From: an uncultured Saprospiraceae bacterium
GTDB lineage: Bacteria; Bacteroidota; Bacteroidia; Chitinophagales; Saprospiraceae
DNA: 64,000 nt
NCBI GenBank assembly: GCA_937934275.1
Contig: CALHAM010000024.1
Span: forward strand, 1,018-65,017
Direction: 5' to 3'
Part shown: positions 55,072-63,770 of the stretch, piece after piece
How the letters are laid out: each line of letters opens with the position of its first letter
Numbering within the stretch: the stretch's first letter is position 1
Program-made: the position numbers and the translations under genes
The notes under the pieces: generated by a model
The model's input: the letters and a program-made list of their open reading frames with translations, nothing else
Told to the model about the DNA's origin: nothing
Databases searched by the model: none

Positions 55072-56031
55072 ATGACTCGCTGTACAAAATGTTCGACCGA
55101 GTTGATTTTAGGCAGCAAGTTCTGCTATCGCTGCGGCGAGCGCGTCGTAGAGCAGGCCAAGAAGTGTCCGTTGTGCCGAGCAGAGAACCCACTGGCAGCC
55201 ATTTTTTGCCATGAATGCGGCTTTCACTTTTCGACAACGGAGAGCCAGCAGACGAGTTACACGCCCCGCTATGCCCTCGACTTTGTACCAGAACGCATCG
55301 GGACCCAACTGAAAGCGCTGTTTTTTCGGCTGCTGCTGGAGCGGGTGCGAGAAGAGCATAACATACAGAAGCACAGCCAATACGTACAAAGGTTTTACGA
55401 CTCGCGCTTCGCTACCATCTTTGAGGCGCGCACAGCACAGCTGGCCCAAGAAGTACTGACGCGGTGGGAGCGCTTCGGACAAGCAGGGCTGCCCGCAATA
55501 GACCAGTTTCTAGAGGATGCCTTTGAAGGATTGTTGGACTATTTTATCATCGAATTTTGCCCTGACCTCAATGAAGTGTGGTTGCCCAGCGCCATCCTGC
55601 GCTACGAGTGTCCGTTGGCTAAAGAAGTGAATATTGGGCGCATGGTGTTCGACTTTTTGGACCTCGAACGCGAGTTAGAGGTCTGCTATACCAACTTTGC
55701 AACCATGCCTGAGGAGCTCATGGCCAACGCTTGCAAGCGTTTCCTCTTTGCTGGAAAGTCGGAGCAGGTGTTTGTTATTTGCGATTTATCGCTGCGCGGC
55801 AACTGCCGAGAAGGCTTTGCGCTCACCGACCGCGCCCTGTATTGGCGTGCACCGCTGGGGCGAGCGCACGGTGTTGCTTACGAAGACTTGCACGAGGTGC
55901 GCTTCGAGCGCGAGTGGCTGCTCATCAATGGGCATTTTTTCACTGCCAACCCATCACTGAACCTGAAGCTGTATAAGTTGCTTAAAAAATTGCGCCGCTG
56001 CCAACAGCAGCCAACCGTGTCTACAACGTAA
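55072..56031 (+). CDS. Double-zinc-ribbon protein with helical middle region and C-terminal bacterial-PH-like domain
   Basis: About 319 aa from the ATG at 55072 (MTRCTKCSTELILGSKFCYRCGERVVEQAKKCPLCRAENPLAAIFCHECG, four CxxC pairs). The C-terminal VFVICDLSLRGNCREGFALTDRALYWRAP...VAYEDLHEV...LLING resembles YokE/bPH-type modules (inference). Confidence 0.6.
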   Translation: MTRCTKCSTELILGSKFCYRCGERVVEQAKKCPLCRAENPLAAIFCHECGFHFSTTESQQTSYTPRYALDFVPERIGTQLKALFFRLLLERVREEHNIQKHSQYVQRFYDSRFATIFEARTAQLAQEVLTRWERFGQAGLPAIDQFLEDAFEGLLDYFIIEFCPDLNEVWLPSAILRYECPLAKEVNIGRMVFDFLDLERELEVCYTNFATMPEELMANACKRFLFAGKSEQVFVICDLSLRGNCREGFALTDRALYWRAPLGRAHGVAYEDLHEVRFEREWLLINGHFFTANPSLNLKLYKLLKKLRRCQQQPTVSTT

Positions 56032-56073
56032 GCCGACGCACGAACTCCCGCTTCTGTCGATTGTTTGATTTAC

Positions 56074-56107
56074 AAAAAAAGAGGCGTGCAAAAAGCCGCG
56101 CCCTCTT
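56074..56107. terminator. Hairpin preceded by A7 (possible bidirectional terminator between the zinc-ribbon gene and rluD)
   Basis: AAGAGGCGTG (56079-56088) pairs with CGCGCCCTCTT (56097-56107), with one bulge and one G-U. The A7 on the plus side gives a U7 tail on the minus strand. The plus-strand tail is only TGACGTATTTTT. Confidence 0.35.
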
Positions 56108-56112
56108 TGACG

Positions 56113-56120
56113 TATTTTTG
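56113..56120 (+). promoter_or_regulatory. Candidate -7 promoter element (TAnnTTTG) for rluD
   Basis: TATTTTTG, 28 nt upstream of the ATG at 56149. Confidence 0.35.
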
Positions 56121-56148
56121 CCGTTCCCACCCACAACAGCCAGCGATT

Positions 56149-57315
56149 ATGATGATAGAGACAACTGAATCTACGAATCCAAGCTCGCTCGTACCTGAGC
56201 TGGAGAACGACGCGCTCAACGACATTGCTGACGAGCAGACCGCCGACGACGACGAAGCAACACCAGAAGATAAGAGCGACGCCAGCGGCGAAGACCTGTA
56301 CGAAAAACAGGAGTTTTTGGCCGATCCGCAACAATCGTTCATCCGACTGGACAAATTTCTGCTCAATCGCCTGAGCAATCGCTCGCGCAGCAAAGTGCAA
56401 GAGGCCATTCGCGCCGGCGCCGTACGCGTAGATGACCAGGAGGTGAAGCCGAACTACAAGGTGAAGCCAGGCAATCGAGTGTCCATCATTTTACCTAAGA
56501 ACTTGGATGAGGAATGCGAAATCATTCCGCAAAACATTCCGCTAAACATCGTCTATGAAGACGAGGACGTCATTGTGGTGAACAAGCCACCCAACATTGC
56601 CGTACACCCGGGGGTGGGTATTCCCGATAAGACACTGGTAAACGCCTTAGCCTGGCACCTACAGGAGCAGCTGGACAAACTGCCGGTGAAAGAGGGCAAT
56701 GAACCGAGCCGAGCCGGTATTGTGCACCGAATAGACAAGGATACCACAGGGCTGATGGTGGTAGCCAAAAACGAGTACGCCATGGCCTATTTGGCCAACC
56801 AGTTTTTTCATCACACCATCGAGCGATGCTATTGGGCACTAGTATGGGGCAACCCAGCCCAAGACTCGGGCACGGTGGTGGGCAATATTGGGCGAAACCC
56901 CAACGATCGCAAGATGTTCATGGTGTTTCCGGAAGGCGAAAGCGGCAAGCACGCCGTGACGCACTGGCGGGTGCTGGAGCGCTTCTATTACGTAACGCTC
57001 GTGGAATGCCGCCTAGAGACGGGGCGCACACACCAGATTCGCGTACACATGAAGTCCATCGGCCACACGCTTTTCGGCGACCGACGCTACGGAGGGAACC
57101 ACATCCTGCGCGGCACTTTGCACGCCAAATACCGACAATTTGTGGAGAATTTGCTCAGCATGCTACCGCGGCAGGCGCTGCATGCTAAAGTGTTGGGCTT
57201 TGCACACCCTCGCACAGGCGAACACGTGCGCTTTGAGTCGGAATTGCCCGCCGACATGGCCGCTGTCATCGAGAAATGGCGTGAGTATGTGCAATCGCGT
57301 CAGAAACTGCTTTAG
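56149..57315 (+). CDS. rluD: RluA-family 23S rRNA pseudouridine synthase (RluD-like) with acidic N-terminal extension and S4 domain
   Basis: ATG at 56149 (MMIETTEST...). S4-like RLDKFLLNRLSNRSRSKVQEAI. Catalytic motif GIVHRIDKDTTGLMVVAK, plus HQIRVH. Confidence 0.85.
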   Translation: MMIETTESTNPSSLVPELENDALNDIADEQTADDDEATPEDKSDASGEDLYEKQEFLADPQQSFIRLDKFLLNRLSNRSRSKVQEAIRAGAVRVDDQEVKPNYKVKPGNRVSIILPKNLDEECEIIPQNIPLNIVYEDEDVIVVNKPPNIAVHPGVGIPDKTLVNALAWHLQEQLDKLPVKEGNEPSRAGIVHRIDKDTTGLMVVAKNEYAMAYLANQFFHHTIERCYWALVWGNPAQDSGTVVGNIGRNPNDRKMFMVFPEGESGKHAVTHWRVLERFYYVTLVECRLETGRTHQIRVHMKSIGHTLFGDRRYGGNHILRGTLHAKYRQFVENLLSMLPRQALHAKVLGFAHPRTGEHVRFESELPADMAAVIEKWREYVQSRQKLL

Positions 57316-57323
57316 CCTACTTT

Positions 57324-58259
57324 ATGCACCAAGCACATCCTTACGTCAAACACGCTTATTTGGAGGAGCTACTGCCCCCGAAGCGCATGGTTTTTTTGGT
57401 AAATCCGAAAGCCGGCACACGCGCTCATCGGCACATCGTCAGAGCCATAAACGCCCACTTAGACCACCGACAATTCGTTTACACCGTATGGCAAACGGAG
57501 CGCCCCGGTCACGCCACAGAGCTGGCCCATAAAGCGCGCCAAGAGGGCTACGATATCATTGTGTCGGTGGGCGGCGACGGTTCGGCGCAAGAGGTAGCCA
57601 CAGCGCTGTTGCATACGGATGCGGTGATGGGGATATTGCCCGCCGGCTCGGGCAACGGTTTGGCCATGCACCTGGGCTATGGGCGCCAATTGGAGCGCGC
57701 TATCCGCCTGCTGAACACCGCCCAAGTGCGAACCATTGATTGCGGGCGCGTCAATGGGCATCTGTTTGTCAATGTCTCCGGCGTTGGCTACGACGGTGCG
57801 GTGGCCCAACGCATGCAAAACAGCCATTGCCGAGGCTTCTGGCCATATCTGTACCACTCCGTATGGGGCGGGCTGACCTATCGGCCTATTCGCTGCACGC
57901 TGGAAGCTGAAGGGCAGCGATTCGAACGTGTTTTCTTTGTGGTCTCCGTCGCCAACGGCTCCATGTACGGCTACCATTTCCACATTGCACCGGATGCTCG
58001 CTTAGACGACGGCCTTTTCTCGGTAGTGATGTTTGAAAATGTACCGCGCTGGCGCTACTTTTTTGCCATACCCTCTAGCCTAAGTGGGCGGCTATACGAA
58101 GAGCGTTTTGTTGCGCATTTTCAGGCCAAAGAAGTAAAAATTACGTGTGAGCGCCCCACCTTTGCACATGCGGATGGTGAATATTTAGGCCAGGGCGACT
58201 GCTTTCGGTTCGAAATAGTGCCCAAAGCGCTGAAGATGTTCGTGCCGACGCGACACTGA
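57324..58259 (+). CDS. Diacylglycerol/lipid kinase family protein (YegS/BmrU-like)
   Basis: 311 aa (alternative ATG at 57387, MVFLVNPKAG). Motifs VSVGGDGSAQEV and GILPAGSGNGLA. Confidence 0.8.
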   Translation: MHQAHPYVKHAYLEELLPPKRMVFLVNPKAGTRAHRHIVRAINAHLDHRQFVYTVWQTERPGHATELAHKARQEGYDIIVSVGGDGSAQEVATALLHTDAVMGILPAGSGNGLAMHLGYGRQLERAIRLLNTAQVRTIDCGRVNGHLFVNVSGVGYDGAVAQRMQNSHCRGFWPYLYHSVWGGLTYRPIRCTLEAEGQRFERVFFVVSVANGSMYGYHFHIAPDARLDDGLFSVVMFENVPRWRYFFAIPSSLSGRLYEERFVAHFQAKEVKITCERPTFAHADGEYLGQGDCFRFEIVPKALKMFVPTRH

Positions 58260-58280
58260 TTCCTCTCCTTTTACGAAACT

Positions 58281-58631
58281 ATGGCCAAGAACAAGCGCTC
58301 TTCCTCACCCATTGTCTTTTCGACTGACCTCGATTTTATCCGACGTCAGGCAGCGCAAGAAGAGGTCTCTTTACCCGAATTGGCCCCTCAGCAGCAAGTG
58401 TTGCGCCTCTGGCTGGAGCGCGGCAAAGGCGGCAAGGAGGCAACTGTTATCAGGGGCTTTGTCGGGTCGCAAGAGGCGCTCGAAGAGTTGGCCCGCTGGC
58501 TCAAGAACAAGTGCGCTGTTGGCGGCAGTGCTAAGAACGGCGAAATCATCCTGCAGGGCAATCACCGCGACCGAGTGATGGTTCTGCTGCAAGAACGCGG
58601 ATACAAGAACATCAAGAAAGCGGGCGGCTGA
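58281..58631 (+). CDS. yciH: Translation initiation factor SUI1/YciH family
   Basis: 116 aa. Motifs RLWLERGKGGKEATVIRGF and LKNKCAVGGSAKNGEIILQGNHRDRVMVLLQERGY. Confidence 0.85.
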   Translation: MAKNKRSSSPIVFSTDLDFIRRQAAQEEVSLPELAPQQQVLRLWLERGKGGKEATVIRGFVGSQEALEELARWLKNKCAVGGSAKNGEIILQGNHRDRVMVLLQERGYKNIKKAGG

Positions 58632-58693
58632 GCGCCACACACCGCAGCGAGGCTTACTGCCGCCGTGCAACACCGACCAACGCTATCCTGTGC

Positions 58694-59992
58694 ATGGAAA
58701 TCCTTACGAACATCGGACGCGGCCTGTTGGGATTGTTTGCCCTGTTGGCCATAGCCTACCTACTGAGCCAAAACCGCCGCGCTATCAATTGGCGCTTAGT
58801 GGGGGCTGGCATTACCCTCCAACTCATCTTTGCGCTTCTCATCCTCAAAGTACCGGGCGTTAGTTGGGTTTTCGATGAATTTGCCAAGGTGTTTACCTAC
58901 ATCATCCGCTGGTCGGAGGAGGGCGCTCGGTTTTTGTTTGGCGAGCTGGCCTCCGACAGAAACAGCCTCGGCTACATCTTCGCCTTTCGCGTGCTGCCTA
59001 CCGTCATGTTCTATTCGGCTTTATCGGCCATCCTTTTCTATTTTGGAATCTTACAAAAAATCGTTTACGGCATCGCCTGGGTACTCACGCGCAGTATGGG
59101 GCTGAGCGGCCCAGAAAGTTTGGCCGCTGCCGCCAACGTGTTTATCGGGCAGACAGAAGCTCCGCTCATTATTCGGCCCTATTTGGCCAACATGTCGCGT
59201 TCCGAAATCATGTGCCTCATGACGGGCGGTATGGCTACTATTGCCGGCGGCGTATTTGCCGCTTACGTAGGTTTTTTGGGCGGCGACGACCCTCAGAAGC
59301 AGCTGCTCTTTGCCCGACACCTCCTGGCTGCTTCCATCATGTCGGCTCCTGCCGCAGTAGTGTGCGCCAAAATGCTACAACCCGAAACGGAGAAGCAGAT
59401 TTTAGAAAAGCTCGAGCAGGCAGACACCCACGTGGGCGATAACCTGCTGGACGCTATCGCCAAGGGCACCACCGATGGCTTGAAGCTGGCGGTCAATGTG
59501 GGAGCCATGCTCATTGTATTCATCTCTTTAGTGTTCATGCTCAATTGGCTTCTGCAGAACACCCTCGGCGCCTGGACGGGGCTAAACGAGAGCATACAAC
59601 AGACCACCCATGGGCGCTTCAGCGGGCTAACGTTCACCTATCTGTTGGGCCTTTTCTTTGCCCCGATAGCCTGGTTGCTGGGCACTCCCTGGTCCGACTG
59701 CATGCTTATCGGCCAACTATTAGGTCTGAAAACCATGATCAACGAATTTGTCGGCTATGGCGCGCTGGGCGATATCCAGAAAACCACTCAGCTACATCCG
59801 AAGTCCGTCATTATCGCCATTTACGCTTTGTGCGGTTTTTCTAACTTTGCCTCTATCGGCATCCAAATAGGCGGCATCGGCACCTTGGCGCCTAATCAGC
59901 GCCGCACACTGACGGAGCTGGGCTATTGGTCGCTCATTGGCGGTACGCTGGCTTGCTTTCTGACCGCTACCATTGCCGGCATGCTGTTCTAA
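58694..59992 (+). CDS. NupC/NupG-family concentrative nucleoside transporter
   Basis: 432 aa, polytopic. Motifs AANVFIGQTEAPLIIRPYL, MTGGMATIAGGV and CGFSNFASIGIQIGG. Confidence 0.85.
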   Translation: MEILTNIGRGLLGLFALLAIAYLLSQNRRAINWRLVGAGITLQLIFALLILKVPGVSWVFDEFAKVFTYIIRWSEEGARFLFGELASDRNSLGYIFAFRVLPTVMFYSALSAILFYFGILQKIVYGIAWVLTRSMGLSGPESLAAAANVFIGQTEAPLIIRPYLANMSRSEIMCLMTGGMATIAGGVFAAYVGFLGGDDPQKQLLFARHLLAASIMSAPAAVVCAKMLQPETEKQILEKLEQADTHVGDNLLDAIAKGTTDGLKLAVNVGAMLIVFISLVFMLNWLLQNTLGAWTGLNESIQQTTHGRFSGLTFTYLLGLFFAPIAWLLGTPWSDCMLIGQLLGLKTMINEFVGYGALGDIQKTTQLHPKSVIIAIYALCGFSNFASIGIQIGGIGTLAPNQRRTLTELGYWSLIGGTLACFLTATIAGMLF

Positions 59993-60024
59993 CCTTCGCT
60001 CACCTTCTCCCTATCTCCGCTCTC

Positions 60025-61386
60025 ATGACCGACACCGAAGCGCTTTTGAAAGCATTCCAAACCATTCGCGCGCGCATCGCGGAGAGCGAAATCGAGGAAG
60101 CCCTGCGCGACGTGTCCGAACTAATCCCGCAAACCGGCTTAGACTTAGACGACGAGGTACTCGCTCTTCGGCAGCAGTTCAGCCATGTGCAAAAGCAGAT
60201 CAGGCTCAACCTCATTGAGAACAGCGAGTACTCGCGCATCCTTAGCAACATCAGCTACTCCTTGCTCCGACTCATTACGGATGCCTGCAAACAATTGCAC
60301 CAACAACAGCCCAGTGCAGTGCCTTCGGCCGGCATCTCTGTAACCGACCCTGAAGCCCAAGCGACACCGACTATTTCGGCCGACCTGCCGCCCATACTCC
60401 AAGAGGGCTTAGCCAAGATGAATCAAGGCGACTACGGCAGTGCCTTGCAACACTTCTCGCTTTTCCTGCAGACCCATCCGCGCTCTTGGCACGCCATGCA
60501 CTACTTGGGCAGTTTGCACGAAACCCTCGGCCTGTGGGAGGAAGCCATCCACTGGTATTCTGAAGCTCTAAAAGTCAACCCTGCCGATGCCATTGCCCTC
60601 AACAACCGCGGCAATATCCGTATGGAACAACTGGGCGAGTACGAGAAAGCCTATAAAGACTTCTCCACAGCCCTGGTAGCCGACCCAACACTCCTGACCG
60701 CTCGCTACAACCGCGCCTTGGCAGCCATGAACCTGAGCCAGTACGAACCAGCTATCGCTGACCTGAGCGCGTGCCTCGAGCAGGGTTTTATGGCCGATAC
60801 GGTTCACGGCCTACGAGGCATCTGCTTGGCCGCTACCGGGCGCCATGGTGAGGCCGCCGAAGACCTCAAAATCGCCCTCCGGGCCGACCCTGACAACGCT
60901 ACCTATTGGGCTACCTACGGCCTATGTGAATACGAGTACGGCCTTTACCAACAAGCCGTTGAAACTCTTAACCACGCCCTAACGCTCAACCCTCAGCAAC
61001 CCGAAATGCAAAACGTGCGCGGCATGGCTTACTTCTTTTTAGAAAATTACGCTGCCGCCCAGACCGATTTTGAAGCCGTCGTTCGCCAAAAACCCGACTA
61101 CGCCCATGGCTGGTACTTCTTAGGCTTGTGCCGAAAAATTCAAAACGCCTCTGCCGAAGCTGTTCAATACCTCAGCGAGGCCATGCGCTTAGACCCTACC
61201 CTCGCAGAAGCCTACGCCGTTATGGGTGTCATCGCCTACGAAAATAACCGCATAGAGGAGGCCATCCGCTGGTGTGAGCAAGCCTTAGCCCTCAGAGAAG
61301 TGCCTGTAGCCCAAGAGTATCTGCAAAAAGCCCAGCAAGCACTCCGAGCAAACGGCGGGTTTTGGAATAAACTCTTTGGAGCATAG
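60025..61386 (+). CDS. Tetratricopeptide-repeat protein
   Basis: About 453 aa from the ATG at 60025 (MTDTEALLKAF). The track ORF start at 59926 would overlap the transporter. Multiple 34-aa TPR units (W..Y..G.....G....A...Y..AL...P). Confidence 0.7.
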   Translation: MTDTEALLKAFQTIRARIAESEIEEALRDVSELIPQTGLDLDDEVLALRQQFSHVQKQIRLNLIENSEYSRILSNISYSLLRLITDACKQLHQQQPSAVPSAGISVTDPEAQATPTISADLPPILQEGLAKMNQGDYGSALQHFSLFLQTHPRSWHAMHYLGSLHETLGLWEEAIHWYSEALKVNPADAIALNNRGNIRMEQLGEYEKAYKDFSTALVADPTLLTARYNRALAAMNLSQYEPAIADLSACLEQGFMADTVHGLRGICLAATGRHGEAAEDLKIALRADPDNATYWATYGLCEYEYGLYQQAVETLNHALTLNPQQPEMQNVRGMAYFFLENYAAAQTDFEAVVRQKPDYAHGWYFLGLCRKIQNASAEAVQYLSEAMRLDPTLAEAYAVMGVIAYENNRIEEAIRWCEQALALREVPVAQEYLQKAQQALRANGGFWNKLFGA

Positions 61387-61429
61387 ACGCACTCCTCTCC
61401 TCCATTTTTGAAAACCTCAGCGCGGGCTA

Positions 61430-61466
61430 AACGCGTTATCTTTGCCCAATAAATGGAACGCGTTAT
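61430..61466 (+). promoter_or_regulatory. Two copies of AACGCGTTAT (each containing the palindrome AACGCGTT) upstream of and overlapping the paaB start
   Basis: The copies lie at 61430-61439 and 61457-61466, a 27-nt centre-to-centre spacing. The second overlaps the alternative paaB ATG at 61465. Candidate operator pair. Confidence 0.35.
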
Positions 61467-61743
61467 GAAAGAATGGCCGCTTTGGGAAGTTTTCATCCGC
61501 TCTAAACAAGGGCTTAGCCACAAACACGCCGGCAGCTTGCATGCCGCCGATGCTGCTATGGCCATCGAAAATGCCCGCGACGTCTACTGCCGCCGCAACG
61601 AAGGCATCAGCATTTGGGTCGTCGAGTCCAAATACATTCACGCTTCTACGGAGGATCAAGAAGCCTTCTTCGACCCTTCCAACGACAAGGTATACCGACA
61701 CCCAACCTTTTACAAACTACCCGACGAAGTCAAACATATGTAA
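61453..61743 (+). CDS. paaB: 1,2-phenylacetyl-CoA epoxidase subunit B
   Basis: 96 aa (alternative ATG at 61465). Hallmark WPLWEVFIRSKQGLSHKHAGSLHAADAAMAIENARDVYCRRNEGISIWVV. Confidence 0.85.
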   Translation: MERVMKEWPLWEVFIRSKQGLSHKHAGSLHAADAAMAIENARDVYCRRNEGISIWVVESKYIHASTEDQEAFFDPSNDKVYRHPTFYKLPDEVKHM

Positions 61744-61785
61744 GCCTTCGCGGTTACTACAGCCTCAACCGACGCTTTAGCGCAC

Positions 61786-62535
61786 ATGTCAGCTACCTTT
61801 TCCTACGTATTGCAGCTGGGCGACAACGCCCTCATCCTCTCGCACCGCTTAAGCGAATGGTGTGGGCACGGCCCCGTCTTAGAGCAAGACATTGCCCTGA
61901 CGAATATCGCTTTAGACCTGCTAGGGCAAGCGCGTCTGCTATTGACCTACGCAGGCGAAATTGAGGGCAAAGGGCGCACAGAAGACGATCTGGCCGGCCT
62001 GCGCGATGCCCACGAGTTCCGAAACGTACTCCTTGTGGAAATGCCCAACGGCGACTGGGCACACACCATCGTGCGGCAGTTTTTTTTCGACGTCTACCAC
62101 TATTATCACTACCAAGCCCTAGTGCGAAGCCGAGACGAACGCTTGGCCGCTATTGCCCAAAAAGCCCTTAAAGAAGTAACTTATCACCTGCGCTATTCCA
62201 GCGAATGGACCATCCGCTTAGGCGATGGCACACCAGAAAGCCATCAGCGCATGCAAGCCGCCGTAGATGACCTGTGGATGTACACCGGCGAGCTGACTAC
62301 GCCCAACGACGTAGAGCGCCAAGCTGCCGAAATGGGTGTTGGCTCCGACCTGACGCAAATACGCCCGCTGTGGGAAGCCAAAGTGCGCGAAATCCTTACA
62401 GAAGCCACCTTGCACATCCCTGAAAACCCGTGGATGCAGAGCGGCGGCAAAGACGGACGACACACAGAACACCTCGGCTACATCTTAGCCGAGATGCAGT
62501 TTTTGCAGCGCGCCTACCCGGGGCAACAGTGGTAG
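61786..62535 (+). CDS. paaC: 1,2-phenylacetyl-CoA epoxidase subunit C
   Basis: 249 aa. Hallmark LQLGDNALILSHRLSEWCGHGPVLEQDIALTNIALDLLGQARLLL. Confidence 0.85.
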   Translation: MSATFSYVLQLGDNALILSHRLSEWCGHGPVLEQDIALTNIALDLLGQARLLLTYAGEIEGKGRTEDDLAGLRDAHEFRNVLLVEMPNGDWAHTIVRQFFFDVYHYYHYQALVRSRDERLAAIAQKALKEVTYHLRYSSEWTIRLGDGTPESHQRMQAAVDDLWMYTGELTTPNDVERQAAEMGVGSDLTQIRPLWEAKVREILTEATLHIPENPWMQSGGKDGRHTEHLGYILAEMQFLQRAYPGQQW

Positions 62536-62548
62536 AGGCTGCCCACGC

Positions 62549-63550
62549 CTACCCCCCGCGCCGAAGGGTTAGGTCCAGGGCTTCCAAGTGCTCTAACTGT
62601 GATAGGTCGAGGGCAATGCAGCGCAGAGGGTTCTGGCTCACGTCCAAAGTGCGCAGGGCAGTCAGCTTAGATAGAAAGGCGGGCAAGTGCTCGATTTGAT
62701 TGTAGCGCGCGTTCAGATGTTCTACGCGCTGGCTATGGGCCAAAAAGTCGAGCGTTGTCAGCCCACAACGCGGCAGCACAGCCTCCCTTAAGTTAGGAAA
62801 AGGCCCTAAGCGCTCCGCCCCTACGACGGGGTAGCCTTCGCAGATGAGCCGCTCCAACGACTTACTGCCGTAGGGGCCGCCTTCAGGCACGCGCATGGGT
62901 GCCCGCGGGCGTATTGTCCCTTTGCGCAAAATGAGCACCGACAAGCGCGGCAACGCCAGTAGTTCAATCGGGAACTGCTCAATGCGAATGTTTTCCAAAA
63001 TAACCGTCTCCAGCATCGGCATCTGCGCCAATAGAGGTAAAGCACTGGGCAAGTCAAAATCTCTATGAGCAGGTAGAGCCACAAACGTCAGAAAATTTAA
63101 CGCCGTAATCGCCGGCGACAAGTGCCTACACGGCAAACGCCGCAAATCGAGCGTGCGAAAAGCCACCTCCGCATTGCTGCCCACCTCAGGCCTGTAGCGG
63201 TGCCATAAACACATCTTACCCGCTAAAAGGATATGGAAGAGGTCGACTTCATCGCTCTTATGGCGGCTCAAAAACTCTGCCTCTTCATAGTAATAAGCCG
63301 ACGTTTCGCGCAAGCGCTTTGCCTTGTGCACCGTCTGCTCCGAAGCATGGCGCTCGAGCAGGGCCATAGCTCGGCCCGACGTGTAGCGGTCAGAGTGAAA
63401 CACCGCAATACCAAAGAGGTAACCCAGCAACTGCGCATTTACTCCCATGCCTTCGAGCAAATCTATAATGAGCGGGCAGTTGTCGGTCTCCCGGTCGCAC
63501 ATTAAGCGCGTTATTTGGCGCACATAGTTGATGTCGTCCTCTGTGCTCAT
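62549..63550 (-). CDS. Cytoplasmic leucine-rich-repeat protein with helical N-terminal domain
   Basis: 333 aa with no signal peptide. C-terminal LRR units (LETVILENIRIEQFP, LSVLILRKGTI, LEHLNARYNQIEHLPAFLSKLTALRTLDVSQNPLRCI, LEHLEALDL). Confidence 0.6.
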   Translation of the reverse strand: MSTEDDINYVRQITRLMCDRETDNCPLIIDLLEGMGVNAQLLGYLFGIAVFHSDRYTSGRAMALLERHASEQTVHKAKRLRETSAYYYEEAEFLSRHKSDEVDLFHILLAGKMCLWHRYRPEVGSNAEVAFRTLDLRRLPCRHLSPAITALNFLTFVALPAHRDFDLPSALPLLAQMPMLETVILENIRIEQFPIELLALPRLSVLILRKGTIRPRAPMRVPEGGPYGSKSLERLICEGYPVVGAERLGPFPNLREAVLPRCGLTTLDFLAHSQRVEHLNARYNQIEHLPAFLSKLTALRTLDVSQNPLRCIALDLSQLEHLEALDLTLRRGG

Positions 63551-63770
63551 TCCATTTTACCTAATTGAATAACGCATTTTGCCCCTTTGGGGTTTTGGTT
63601 CACTACCGACCACCTCTCCGTTGAGCAGCCTCCGACGTTTGGCTCCTTTCTGTTTTAAATTCAAAGCCTCCTCTTGCCTATGGGAGCAAGCGCTCGCCTG
63701 CTGAAAGCCGCGTTTATTGAACCATAAGGCCATGCGAAGCATTTATATGGGAAAATTCCCTTGCCGTTAA

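Noticed and set aside
63557-63742. 61-aa minus-strand ORF in the divergent intergenic region between the LRR gene and the GbsR-like regulator
   Set aside because: It is short, basic and low-complexity, has no motif, and occupies a region expected to hold two divergent promoters.
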